Origin: Spizellomyces punctatus DAOM BR117
Lineage: Eukaryota
DNA length: 59,426 nucleotides
Assembly (NCBI GenBank): GCA_000182565.2
Contig: KQ257462.1
Direction: 5' to 3' (one strand)
In this document: positions 13,438 to 26,745 of the stretch, one piece after another
How positions within the stretch are numbered: position 1 is the first letter of the stretch
Layout: each line of letters begins with the position of its first letter
Translations under genes and position numbers: made by a program
Notes under the pieces: generated by a model
The model's database searches: none
What the model was told of the DNA's origin: nothing
Seen by the model: only the letters and a program-made list of their open reading frames with translations

Positions 13438-15505
13438 ATGGTCGCCAGCGCCCTTTTCATTTTGGACCTCAAGGGCAAGGTGACAACGCCATCTTGACCA
13501 CCGTTAACATGAAAATGAGTGCAAGCTCCTGACCTTCGCATGTCCACCTTAAGGTCCTTATTTCTCGAAACTATCGCGGAGATATTCCCATGTCTGCTGT
13601 AGAGAAGTTTATGCCTCTCATATTGGAGGCGGAGGAAGAGGAGCAGACTCCGACACCGATAATGTCGACCGAAGATGGCATTCACTTTCTCTATGTGAAG
13701 CATAACAACCTTTATTGTATCCTTTGAAAGCGATGGATGGTTTCTTGCACGAGGGAGCATGTAGCCTCTACTATCTTGTGTCATTTGTTGTTGTGGATAT
13801 CTTTTTGTGTCCTTAACTCTGACTACTGACAGTATTGGCAATGACCAGGAAGAATTCAAATGCAGCGACAATATTATTGTTCCTTCATAAGCTGATAGAG
13901 GTAGCGTTGGACTACTGGGAAGGGGCGCCAGAATGATGGACTGGATCGGAAACTTCAATGACACATTCCGTATCTGCGTCAGGTCTTTACAGAATATTTC
14001 AAGGAGCTGGAGGAAGAATCTATCCGGGATAATTTTGTGATTATTTACGAGTTACTTGATGAAATGATGGATTTCGGATACCCACAAACCACAGAACCCA
14101 AGATTCTACAAGAGTACGTAAAGTGAAACGGGAAATCGATCGCCGCATTCCAGCATTGACACATTTTCTACTTAGATACATCACACAAGAATCCTATAAA
14201 CTTGAAAGCCAACCCCGTCCTCCCATGGCTGTCACCAATGCGGTGTCATGGCGTCCCGAAGGAATAAAGTACAGAAAGAACGAGGTGTTCCTGGATGTGG
14301 TCGAATCGGTAAATTTGCTGGTAAACGCAAATGGAAATGTATTGCGGAGTGAGATTTTGGGAGCGATCAAAATGAAATGTTATCTGAGTGGGATGCCTGA
14401 TGTACGTTTGGGACTAAATGATAAGGTACTCTTCGAGAGTACTGGGAGAAGTAAGTAGACTTTTAAAGGGAGTTGACTGGTCGGCCTTGTGCTGACTTTT
14501 GGCTGCTCCTTCATATACAGCCCCGGGAAAGGGAAAGGCGGTCGAAATGGAGGATGTGAAGTTCCACCAATGCGTTCGGTTGGCGCGGTTCGAGAGTGAC
14601 CGGACGATTTCCTTCATTCCACCAGACGGCGAGTTTGAGCTGATGTCATACCGCCTGAATACCCAGGTTAGCGGCTAGCGGCTAACCGCAGGGCGGTGAT
14701 TATCTGCCTGCTCCCACAGCATGCACTGAAATTCTGCTCCTTTGTTTCATGGTCACAGGTGAAACCACTTATTTGGTGCGAAGCAGTTATAGAATCTCAC
14801 AGTGGGTCTAGGGTTGAGTACATGATAAAGGTGGGTTTGGTCTTTGTTTCTGGAAGGACTCGCTGCGGTCTAATAATTTTCCTTCCCACGAGTAGGCCAA
14901 AGCTCAATTCAAGCGAAGATCATCAGCAAACAACGTTGAAATCATTGTTCCCGTGCCCGAGGATGCTGACACTCCAAAGTTTAAGGTGCAGACGTCAGCA
15001 GAAAGCCACCTAGTTTGTTCTCTATACTGACTGTGGCGCGGCTGTAGAGCACCGTCGGATCGGTGTCTTACGCACCTGAGAAGAATGCAGCTGTATGGAA
15101 GATCAAACAGTTCCCTGGTGGCAAAGAGTTCATGATGCGGGCACACTTTGGCCTACCCAGTGTTAAAAGCGGTATGTTGTCGGGAGTTGATTAGATAAAT
15201 TTAAATATTGCCTGCTGATTGCACTTTAGAGGACCCCGATAAGCGACCGCCGATTTCTGTCAAGTTTGAGATTCCGTATTTCACTGTCTCTGGTATTCAA
15301 GTGCGGTATCTCAAGGTTGTGGATAAGAGTGGCTACCAAGCGTTCCCTTGGGTACGATATATTACGCAGAATGGAGGTATGGAATCAAAACTGGCGAATA
15401 TGGTATAATGTCTGTACAGCATGGAGATGTGACGCAATTCGTCTTCCAGATTATTTCATGCGACTCCCAGAACCCGTCAAGACATCAAAGCTCGGTGCAA
15501 TCTAG
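13438..15505 (+). CDS. APM1: AP-1 complex subunit mu (multi-exon)
   Basis: MVASALFILDLKGKVLISRNYRGD, EESIRDNFVIIYELLDEMMDFGYPQ, AVSWRPEGIKYRKNEVFLDVVE, FEIPYFTVSGIQVRYLKV. Confidence 0.96.
13717..13832 (+). other. U12-type (minor spliceosome) GT-AG intron in APM1
   Basis: Donor GTATCCTTTG; branch site TCCTTAAC at 13810-13817, 15 nt before the intron end. Removal restores HNNLY-L-LAMTRKNSNA. Confidence 0.85.
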
Positions 15506-15639
15506 ATTGACGGTAACTGGACTTTCAATCAAATGTCTCCCATTTCACTGCACTGGCAGTCGCCTAAGGTTCCGTTGGAACCTATACAGAGACATATGTC
15601 TCCGTTCTTCTATGTTATCCCCATCTAAGGGCAGCGTCT

Positions 15640-16830
15640 CTAGTTTGCTTTTTTGAGGCGTTTGCCTTCATTTACGGCTTTAGCATCAGCGCCCATTCTC
15701 CATATGGGCATGGCGATCCAAGCGATACAAGAGTATAGTCCGTCCATGAACGCGTTATTTGCTGGTGGTGCACCTAGTCCAATGGAAAAAATCTTTAGGG
15801 ATGAATTTGCGGCAGTAAAACGAACGTCCATTTTAACCGACCCTTTGTCATAGTCCTGATTAAATCGCCCGTAAAATCAGAGCTAATGCTGTAATGCTCC
15901 TTCTCTACCCCTCGCACCAAAATTGCAGCAGCCTTTGCGGGAGTCACACCTTCATCTGCCCCTTCTATATCTTTTGTAAGCTGCGGCTTCGTCTTATTTT
16001 CCTCTTCCAATCCCGGGGAGTAAATGGTTCCAGGGAAGTAGATATGAACCTTGATGCCATACATTAATAGCTCCATTCTGAGAGCTTCAGCTAATCCCCT
16101 GACAGCAAACTTGGCACCGCAATATGCTGCGTAACCTGGTAGACCCATCAATCCACACACGGAAGACACGAACACAAGCCGGCAGGATGCAGGGGATGAG
16201 TGGGTGAGAAACGACTGTACGGCGGCATGAGCAGTGTACGCGGCTGTAAAGTAGTCTGTTTGCATTTCCTTTTCGAGATCAGCGGGTGAGGCTGATGCGA
16301 AGAAACCAGGACGTGCCGAGCCTTGTGGGTTCAAGTCAGGGTGAGCAGGGTCTACAAGCGCTGTGATGAAATATTGCACATACCAGCACACATGAAAACA
16401 TAATCCACCTTCTTCTTCATTTCCTGTTCAGCTCTTTTCATTGCGTCAGCCGCTAGGTCCGGCACACATAAATCGGCACTTTCGTAGCGAATTATCTGCT
16501 CCTCATTCGACTTGCACGCGGAGATCTCCAGTTGTGCTGCTTTCAGCTTATCCACAGATCGAGCTACTATCGTGACGTGCGCCCCTCGTTCGGCAAGTAG
16601 CTTTGCGAGGGCAAGCCCTGTGCCTTGTGAACCGCCTGTAATGTAGACATGCTGGGTGTTTGTAGTCAGTGGTGTGCAGAAGGTAGCAAGAACGCAGGAG
16701 GTAATACCTTGTCTTTCGGTTCGAATGAGTTCTTATCCTTCTTCCGAAAGACCATGGTTGCAAAGGCCAAGAGGAAAACTATGCTACTTGCAACGACAAT
16801 GGAGTGAAGACCTCCAATCATTACCGACAT
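15640..16830 (-). CDS. TSC10: 3-ketodihydrosphingosine reductase (SDR)
   Basis: N-terminal TM; HVYITGGSQGTGLALAK; YAAYCGAKFAVRGLAEALRMEL; IYFPGTIYSPGLEEENKTKP; C-terminal hydrophobic tail. Confidence 0.9.
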
Positions 16831-16931
16831 GCCCTGCTGGAGAAACGCTGCGGCTTTTGCGCGATGGCCTTTGGATGATATGGTAATTGCTTAGCCGCTC
16901 GATCGTTTTGTTTCCCAAACCCTCCACCGTA

Positions 16932-17567
16932 ATGCCCGACAAAGACAGCCGAAGGCAGTCAACCAAGATTCCCAAGAATTGGCCACAGAATATCCGCTAC
17001 CTATCACAGAATGAGTGGTCCCGAGAGGTCCCCTCTGACATTCTTTCGTACTATCTCCCCCGATGCTCATGGAACAAACTGAAATGTTCTTCCTCTAGCC
17101 GTTCACCAATAACAAGTACCAAATTTCCTATGAAGTCAGGCCTCAATCCTCCAGGACCCTCCCGCGTTGTGCGAATTGTCCGCATATCATCACCCACCCA
17201 TCCCGCCAATGGCCAACTTGGCCTCGTCGCCGCTGCCAATCTCTCACCTCGCTCACACATTCTCGACTATGTAGGCTGTGTACATACCGCTTCCACAGCC
17301 TCAACAAGCAGCGATTATATTCTCTCTCTCGATCGTATCACGCAATTGTCCGTAGATGCCGAGCTTGCTGGCAACGAAGGACGTTGTATCAACGATTTTC
17401 GTGGAGTTGCTGAGAAGCCCAACGTGGAGTTTGAGACCTACCGTTGCGAAAAGACGGGGGAAGTCCGGGTGGGCGTTTGGGTACTGACCAAAAAGATTGC
17501 GAAGGGTGAAGAGCTCCTCGTGACGTATGGAAAAGGGTTTTGGAAGGAGAGGAGATTGATCGCTTGA
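16932..17567 (+). CDS. Small single-exon SET-domain protein (S. pombe Set7-like type)
   Basis: GQLGLVAA...ILDYVG...VDAELAGNEGRCINDFRG..KPNVEF...IAKGEELLVTYGKGFW. Confidence 0.8.
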   Translation: MPDKDSRRQSTKIPKNWPQNIRYLSQNEWSREVPSDILSYYLPRCSWNKLKCSSSSRSPITSTKFPMKSGLNPPGPSRVVRIVRISSPTHPANGQLGLVAAANLSPRSHILDYVGCVHTASTASTSSDYILSLDRITQLSVDAELAGNEGRCINDFRGVAEKPNVEFETYRCEKTGEVRVGVWVLTKKIAKGEELLVTYGKGFWKERRLIA

Positions 17568-17642
17568 TATGCCGCGATTATCGCAGGTCAACAGGGATTG
17601 TGGTGCACCACCTATCCTACTCTGGCGTCCTCGATCAGTGCA

Positions 17643-20456
17643 TTACGAGGCATTCAAGACGGACTGTGTGCCGGTGTCGTGAGAGATATATACAAAACGC
17701 AGCTGGAGGTACTATTACTACAGTACCTCTCGGAACGACTACACTTTCATTATCTACCCACAAGTCTTTGTCTATGGCCGCTACTGTTAGTTCTACTCTT
17801 CCAGCACTGAATAACTTCACATCTTTTTGCTGCCCCGCCTGTTCCAGGAGCACTCCACAAACAGCCATGATCATATCCCCGTGATACTGCCTTTCGTCGC
17901 TCCTGTACAGCAAGTTTACCCAGCTGCTCATTTATGCGAGTCCGTGCGTTCACCGCAGCGTTATGAGCATGAAGCTGTGTACTTTGTTCCCGGAGCTGAA
18001 TATTGTGAACGTACTAGTTGGGTTCCGGTCTTAGCGAGGTGGTATCCGGTGAACCGAGTTTGTTTATATTACCTTCATTAGCGATCCTATTGCGATACTA
18101 GCATGAGATCGTGCAAAGTCCCGCTCTCGCAGAGTCCAGTAAGATTTCATCGGTAGAGGGGCTTGTGGTGTCGACGGCTGGACGAGTACGTATCTGATGT
18201 TAGAATGAAATAAAATAGGTAGATGTGTAGCAGCAAAGAGGGCCTTGCCTTAGTTGGTCTCACAGATGCGCTCCTAACTGGAGTCGGCTAACAGAGAACC
18301 GAAATAGTGCGACGGTCAGCAAATTGAGCCCTTCACAACATAACATGTATGCTCACCCCAATTTCCTTTGCTGTAACCGGTCTTGAAAAATCAGGTCTGA
18401 CACTGCTTGGTATGGATGAAGGTTCTCCCATGACTGTATGTGATGGTAGAAATGATAGTGAAATGGGTCAATACAAAAGTGAATCAGATTGAGACGAAAC
18501 ATGGCATACAGAAATATCCCGGTGTAAAGTCTTCGGGTGGTTGGGGAGTTGGCGGATGCTCTAACACCAGAAATTACTTCAATTACATTAGCAAAAGTTA
18601 AAGACTCGTGCAGGTCCAATCACCTTCTGGGACAGATATAACTGGTGCGGGTTCTTGTTCTGGCTCCGGTGCTGGGAGAGGAGGTGTGGGTTCTCGGGTA
18701 GGCATCTCATCAACCGTTGAAGATTCTGATTGTGGAATAGGTGTCGTCTCCGCTACCTCCACTGTTTGCTCAATTTCTTGAATGATCATCTCTGGTTCCT
18801 GCTCAGGTTCTGGATCTAGTGGAGGTTCTGGAGCTATTGACAGAGGAGGAAGGGGTGAGGGTTCCCTTTCATCCATCACTACATCATCGGTAGTTACATC
18901 GGGTTTGCTGCTTTCCAGTTGGGCAGGAATCTCGTTGAACTCCATTGACTGAATATCCTTTTTCCTTGCTCTTCTCGACAATGCCCGCGCTGATCCATCT
19001 CGAGGTGCAGAGCCAACACGACCTCCCGTCCTTTCGCCTTGTTCACTTCCGTTCACCCTTGCCGTATCATTGTCCAGAGCAACAAATCTCACCCTGCTTT
19101 CCTTTTGTAATACGCGCATGAAGGTTGTCGCTTCTTGTAGATCAAACTGCATGTCTCGATCGGCTTTGAAAAAAAAGCTCCCACTATCGGTGACATTATC
19201 ATCGGAAACCAGATTTGCGTACGAAGCGGCGAATGTATTGGAACCAACATCCGGATCATTATTAAAAAAAAAGACGCTTTGCGTACGGGGCTGGACTTGT
19301 TGGTTTCCTAGCATATGCGATTGTGGGGACGTAATCGAGCGGCGAGGAGATGGCGACGGTGATGTTGCGACTAAAGGGGGAGTACCTCCCACTATAGTCA
19401 TATCCACTTGAGAGGTGTCCATCCCCCGCGCAGAGGTCGGTCGTGATGTTCCTTTGCCATATCCTACTACCGATGAGCGTACCGAACTATTGGGTATTTT
19501 GGCACTTTTCGCTGTTGTGAAGGAAGAAGCCAAATGTATTCTTCAGTTGTGGTCAATTGCCGTAATTCAATCGCAGGGATTCACCTACCCCGTTCTCCCG
19601 CACTCGCCGCCCTCCGTGCACTTTCCATTGGCAGATCCGTCCTCCCTGTTCTGCTCACATTCCCAAGTTCCGTTCCGGTCCCCACATCTTTGTCAGACCA
19701 CCACGCTTTTTTCCACCCTTCGCCATCATCCACGATCCCTCGCTTCACAGCATTCCCAAACGATCCTTCTGATTTCACGCGAGATATACCGGCGCTGCTT
19801 TGGCTCACTGATGCATCAGAGTCGATTGGGGGTAAGACTGGAACATTGTTGCTAGTTTTGAATCTTAGAAGGTCTGCATGTAGGATGGGGAGGTACGATT
19901 GCTTTTGACGGGATATGAGAGATAATCCCGTCAGAATGAGAATTGATGTTGGACTAATGATTACGGGAATCACTATACCATTGGGCTGCCCTCTTCATGT
20001 TTTCCACTTCCTGGCGGGCTTTTATAATGCTCATGTTTTCGTCCGCTTCCATGTCTTGATCTTCTTTGTATGATATCACTTCGCTGCTGGCCAGCACTAG
20101 ATTTTCGACTGGTTGATTGCATCCTTCACCAAGTGCTGGGAGTATGGATATCAAGGGAATGATGGGTATACCGGGCAGATTTGACAGTTTGTTGTGTTGT
20201 GTACTTCTGTTAATTTCTTGCGGATCGGAGATTACAACCCTCCTCAAGGGTCTGTCGGAGGATATTTCCCCAGGCCTTTATATGTCCGATTCGCGGGACA
20301 TCCTAACCCAAAGTACCTGATGAAAATGAATCTCAGCTAATAGGTTCACTTGTAGACTTGGCTCGGCCACCAACATATAGATATTGGGAGCAGTTACTGC
20401 ATGTCTTTACCAATAACGTCTAACGGTAGCAACGCGCCCAGATTTTTAGCAACCAT
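17643..20456 (-). CDS. Uncharacterised multi-exon, largely disordered protein; ends approximate
   Basis: Chained minus-strand ORFs (19954-20247, 19581-19973, 18598-19533, 17750-17953) separated by intron-like gaps; Pro/Glu-rich centre; no domain recognised. Confidence 0.55.
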
Positions 20457-20778
20457 CAACAGAGTTTATTTTTAAAACGATGACAAAATACTGTCTCTCT
20501 TGTAGGAAGATGAAGAATTGGACGCTTCAGGCATGTCGTCGAACGAGTAATGGTTAGCAGGCGTTGTAGATCCCAGAATGGGAGGCAATCATTGGACGAC
20601 ATTATCACAATGTAAAAATCTTATATCATTCCGTCCAAAAAAAAGAGAACGATATCACGTTGGATTAATATACATGCGTCAAGCTGCAATCTATATTACA
20701 ACAGCCAAAAGCCCCGTCTACCTGCTCTACCAGTCCCTATCTGACTCCTATAACACCTCTGCTCCTTAATTCCCTGTT

Positions 20779-23700
20779 TTATTCGATATCGTAACACAGG
20801 TTAGACGACAACCATCGCTCAACTACATCAACCTTCATGCTCTTCCGCCCCGCATAATCCTCAATCTGGTCCTTGTTAATTTTGCCTACAGCAAAATATG
20901 TGGAATCCTTGTGCCCAAAGTAGACACCAGAGACGGACGCCGCGGGTGTCATCGCCTATAAAACGTGCGTGAGCGCCAACTCTGATGTCAGTCAACATCA
21001 ATGCGGTTGAAGCAGCCTTACCAAAGACTCGGTCAACCCAATTCCAGTTTCCTTCTCAATGCCCATCAACTTCCACATAGTCTCTTTCTCGGTGTGATCC
21101 GGTTGGCTTGGATAACCAGGAGCTGGCCGAATACCTTGGTACTTGACTTGCAGCATCTCCTCAGGCGTCAGCTCTTCGTTTGGAACGTATCCCCAATAGT
21201 TCTTTCGCACATCCTCATGCACAAGTTCTGCCAAAGCTTCCGTCAGTCGATCTGCCAAAGCTTTCAGCATGATGATACTGTAATCGTCATGCTGTTTCTC
21301 AAATTCGACACATTTTTCGTCCACGCCAAATCCGCAAGACACTGCAAAGGCTCCCACGTGGTCGAGTAGACCCGTGTCTTTTGGAGCGACAAAGTCAGCA
21401 AGCGAATAATAAGGCTCATCAGATTCCGAGTCTTTTTCGGCTTGCTGCCGGAGCCCATAGAACTTAGCAACGGGTTCTTCTCGGTTGTTTTCGTCCGCAT
21501 ACAGCTCAATATCTTCCCCCACAGCATTCGCGGGCCAGAATCCGATAATAGCGGTTGCCTTGAGAATCTTCTCGTTGATGATGGTCTCTAGCATGTCCTT
21601 CGCATCTTCGTAGAGCTTCTTCGCTTCCTCACCTAATGCGAAAAGATGATAAGTGGATGTTAAATCAGCACAGACAGTCTGAAACGAACCAACGGTATCG
21701 TCATTGAAGATTTTGGGAAACCCTCGGTTAGGGTACTTTCCCCTGAGCTGCCACGTCTGGAAAAAGGGATTCCAGTCGATATATGCTACCAATTTGCGAA
21801 GGTCGTAGTCATTCAGCGTCTAGCAATATAAGATCTGTTACAACAATATCCATAGGCGCTGTACAGCAGATGAGATCCATGTATACCTTGGTACCATAGA
21901 ACTTCGGCTTGCAAGGAATAGTTTCCGCCTTCCAATCGATTTGCGCCTTCTTGGCAATAGCATCGTTCAACGTCAAGTAACGACGGTCTCTCAGAGAATC
22001 ATAATGCTCCGCCCGAAGGTCTTCGTACTCATCGACGATGTCCTCTACAAAATCTTCTCGGGCATTATCATCGAGAAGGGAGGAGACGACGACGACGGAT
22101 TTTGACGCATCCAACACATGGACAGCCGGGTTCGAGTAGCGTGGTGCGATTTTCACAGCAGTGTGCATCTTTGAGGTTGTTGCGCCACCAATAAGTAGGG
22201 GAATCTACAGAAAATTAGAAGTCAGTTTCTGACTTCTAGTCCATCCATCTCAGGAAACGTAATAATACCTTCAAGCCCTTGCGTTCCATTTCCCGTGCAA
22301 CATATACCATTTCATCCAAACTCGGGGTGATCAAGCCGGAAAGACCGATGACATCAGCCTTCTCTTTGGCCGCCGCCTCCAAAATTTTCTCACAGGGTGT
22401 CATGACTCCCAAGTCGATGATCTTGTAATTGTTGCATCCCAGCACAACACCCACAATGTTCTTTCCAATGTCGTGTACGTCTCCTTTCACCGTTGCGAGC
22501 ACAACGGTTCCATTATAGGCCGCGTTCGGGTCTTCGGCATCAATGCCAGAGGCAGCAAGGTTGGCTAACCGTTCCTCCTCCATGAATGGAATCAAATGTG
22601 CTACGGCACTCTTCATAACACTGCAAAACATGGTGTTAAGCATCATAACTTCATAGCAAAAGCATCAAGCACGTAGCTAACCGAGCACTCTTGATGACCT
22701 GGGGTAAGAACATCTTTCCAGCGCCGAAGAGCTCTCCAACCACCGACATGCCGGCCATTAGAGGGCCCTCGATGACGTTCAGTGGCCGAGGATACTAAGA
22801 CACCTTCGGTTAGAAATCGACATGGTCATTTCAAATAAAATTTCTTGGAATTGGAACATACCTTCACTTTGTCCAATCTAGCCTCCTCGGTGTCTTCCAC
22901 GATGAATTTTGTTATGCCTTTGACGAGCGCGTACTTGAGCCTCCCCTCCACATTTTCATTACGCCAAGCCTCTGTCTGTTCGCCGCCTTTTACCGCATCC
23001 TTGCCATGGGTTTCAGCGTACGCTAGAAGTTTTTCTGTCACTTCGGGGTCGCGGTTCCAGATGGCATTCTCGCAAATCTCCAGCAAATCCTTCGGAATGT
23101 CATCATAAATCGTTAAGAAACCAGCATTCACAATACCCATGTCCATCCCTGCTTTGATCGCATGGTACTGGGAAAGAGAAACTTTAGCGACATGGTTAAT
23201 GCAGACATTTCCTTTCTCGCCTGCGTACCAAAAACACACTATGCATAGCTTGACGAAGGACTTCTTTGCCACGGAAGGAGAAGGAAAGATTGGATACACC
23301 ACCGCTGATCTTAGCACCGGGAAGCTCGGCTTTAATAATTCGACATACGTTAATAAACTCTACGGCATAGTTGTTGTGCTCTTCGAGGCCCGTTGCAATG
23401 GTCAAGATGTTTGGGTCAAAGATGATCTCGCAACCCTTGAACCCAACTACCTCCGTTAAGATTTTATATGATCGCGCGCATATGTCGTACTTTCGCTGCG
23501 TGTCCACGGCTTGTCCTTCTTCATCGAAAGCCATCACTACGACTGCGGCACCGAATCGCTTCACAATCTTGGCTTTCTTGATGAAATCTGCTTCACCCTC
23601 CTTCAAGCTGATAGAGTTGACTATACATTTCCCCTGTGCGCACTTCAAACCAGCCAAAACCACTTCAAAGTTGGAAGAGTCCACCATGAGAGGAACTTTG

Positions 23701-25106
23701 GCGATGTCAGGTTCGGAAGCAATATAATTCAAAAACTTCGTCATCGCAGCCTTGCCATCCAGTAAACCCTCGTCCATGTTAACATCGATGACCTGTGCAC
23801 CACTCTCCACTTGGGCACGTCCAATGGCCAACGCCTCCTCATACGCGCCGTTGAGGATTTTTTTCGCAAAAATCCGGGAACCGGATACATTACACCGTTC
23901 TCCAATGTTTACGAATCCAGTGGCTTTATTAATCTTCAGCGTCTCCAGCCCGGAAACAATGAGCGTATCTGGATCCATGACCGGCGGGACACGAGGTTTG
24001 TAGCCCTTACACATGTCAGCAATCGCTTTTATGTGCGCCGGGGTCGTACCGCAACATCCTCCGACAATGTTCAACAGCCCGAGCTCTGCGAAAGGTCGGA
24101 CCTGTTCAGCCATGTCTTCTGGCGATTGGTCATATTCACCGAATGTATTTGGCAATCCTGCATTCGGGTAGCATATAATGAAAGTCGGATTGTTCTTTGA
24201 GATGTTCTGCAGAAATGGCAGCATTTGGTCGGCACCCAAAGCACAGTTTAATCCAATCGCAAGAGGGTTGCAGTGGCTGACAGACGCGATAAAAGCCTCT
24301 CCGGTTTGACCTGACAATGTTCGCCCGGACTGGTCAACAATGGTACCAGAGATCAAAACAGGACATCGGTCATAACCCTCCTCATCAAAAATCAAATCGA
24401 TGGCATACAGAGCGGCTTTAGCGTTGAGAGTGTCGAAGATGGTTTCCACTAGAAGACAATCGCTTCCACCGTCTAGGAGACCCCGGACCTGTTCTGCATA
24501 GGCGGTCACCATAGCGTCAAAGTTCGTTGCACGATAGGAAGGATTTTCAACCGAAGGAGAGATTGATAAAGTCTGATTAGTAGGTCCAATAGCCCCAGCA
24601 ACGAAACGGGGTTTTGATGGGTCTCGCTTCGTGTACTCTTCGCACGCCTTCTTTGCCAGTTCGGCCGAAACCTAACAATGCCACAATCGAATTAACATCT
24701 TCTATCAAGCAAGGAGTATGCTGCTTCCGCAAATATACGTTACCTTGTTCAGCTCGTATGCCAAGTCTTGCATGAGATAATCGGCTTGGGCGATTGTCGT
24801 TGAAGAGAACGTGTTTGTTTCAATTAGATCAGACCCAGATTCTAGATATTGACAGTGGATGTCGTAAATCGCTTTCGGCTGCGTAAGAGACAGCATATCG
24901 TTGTTTCCTTTCAAGAAGTCCTTGGGGTGGTCCTTGAACCGATCTCCTCTGAAATCTTCCTCAGTGAATTTGTAGCGCTGGATCATAGTGCCCATGGCAC
25001 CATCGATAAACATGATGCGCTCCTTCAGACACTTTTGAAGGTACTTTTCAACCTCAGCACCATGGCCGGGTACTTTTCCCGTTGGGTAAGGCGCACCGGC
25101 AGCCAT
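20779..25106 (-). CDS. MTR: Cobalamin-dependent methionine synthase (MetH type)
   Basis: [25 protein letters not shown] (Hcy/Zn); [11 protein letters not shown] (pterin); [15 protein letters not shown] and SGLITPSL (B12 binding); [16 protein letters not shown] (reactivation domain). Confidence 0.98.
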
Positions 25107-25858
25107 TACTGTTGAGACAATGCAATACGGTGAGACATGCTAGCTAAACATTTGCAGGTTTAACAAGCCCAGTGCACTTACCAGACTCGACAAAGTCAGG
25201 GAAAGGAATGGGTTGCCGTAAGAGGAAGTGGGCCTGTAGTGCTAATACCTGTAGCAAGGCGAAAACACTGAAATTGCAGCAAATTCCGAGCTGGCGAGGG
25301 CGAGCGGCCTTGTTCCCTTTGCCTTGATGGGCGAGTGTGGGGGGCTTAGGCAGGTGCGCTGATCGGCGTGCCGCGTGCCGGGAGATGGGCGATTTTATGA
25401 GCGTTTTAAACCGTCAGCGATATGTTTGAAAGTTTCTGTTTTTAAAGCAGGATACAAGTCTATGCTAAGAACAAGTGATAAATAAGAATCGCTGGGACAA
25501 TGATTGGAGAATTCATGTTTCCATCTTCAAGCTGAACTGTTTACTTTCCACAGGTATCACACAATCCACTCATATTGGACGTCCACAGGTAGTACGAGGC
25601 ACTCTTACTCCCAAACGTACACTGTGGACTCGGAGTCTATCACGTCCATAAAAAACAAAAAGAACCGGACAGGCACTGCATGCAACAGTGTAGCACAGAA
25701 CGAGCGATGGTGCCCAGAGTTCAATAAGCAGCATAAAAGCACATTCACTTAGTGTATAATACAAAGCAACTTTTTCTACAGGCGAATCGTGACTATACGG
25801 AAGCGCAATCCTCTTTCCTATATATCATCGTGAATTGAAAACCAACCCGGCATGACAC

Positions 25859-26493
25859 TCATTCTTGCATGTCATCTGAACCTTCTTCCTCGTCCAATCG
25901 TCGCACCTGTATCATAATAAAGAGTATATCGTTGAGTTTTTGCTCTTACAGCCTTGTTAAATCATCAACCAAGCATGAAAACATACATAAAGGATGTTGT
26001 TACACCTTTTTAAGATGAAATTAAATGTCAGAATTCCTGAAAACGCAATATTCAATTATGAAGCATACCGAATCAGCACTTCTCCCAAAACTCCTGTTGA
26101 CGCTCCATCAATATATTCCTCTGTGTTCGCCAACTATATTCGGAGGTGGTGATTAATAACAAGCCTGTGTAGAAACCGCCGATTCCCATTATAGAGATCG
26201 GCGTAGGAACAGGTTCAAATTACCTGCATGTTCATGTACGAATCTACTGACACCAGGTAGCCTTTGTATTCTTGACCCCACTTCAGTCTGATCATCACAG
26301 GCTTTCCGGTCAATTCGTTTAGGAAAGGCTTTGGGTTTACGGGGACAAACTGTGTGAAGATGGGACAAAAGAGGTCAACTAAACTGATTCGATACAAATT
26401 CGAATCGGATGCCAAAGATGAACAGCTGCTCTCCTCGGATTCTGACAGGTCGCCCTTGTACTTTGAGCCCATTTCTTTGATACTTACAGACAT
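25859..26493 (-). CDS. SNRPF: Small nuclear ribonucleoprotein Sm F (5 exons)
   Basis: [73 protein letters not shown]. Confidence 0.96.
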
Positions 26494-26589
26494 GTTGTGG
26501 AGTAGGTTGGTTTGGGGTTAAAGGAGGTGACGGAGAGATCAAGTACACCCACCCTACAATGGAGCGCATCCCAAGATCCAACATTGCTT

Positions 26590-26603
26590 GTTGCCATGGT
26601 AAT
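26590..26603. promoter_or_regulatory. RFX X-box-like motif in the SmF/EDC3 divergent promoter
   Basis: GTTGCCATGGTAAT is close to the GTTRCCATGGYAAC consensus. Related motifs at 1772-1785, 49743-49756 and 55264-55277. Confidence 0.35.
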
Positions 26604-26745
26604 TCACCAGAGACAGCCCAAGAGCGAAGGCTATTGTGTTAGTGTCCACAGAACGCCTTTGTGGAGTTCCGCCGTCTTTAAAGCGCTGTACAATCATCTT
26701 TGAGTTTTACCATTTGCCGTTGACCTAAGCCGCTGTGAGCTCAAA

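Noticed and set aside
25107-25500. Cobalamin riboswitch upstream of MetH
   Set aside because: No B12-box or other core motifs seen; only a 5' UTR intron and a GC-rich promoter.
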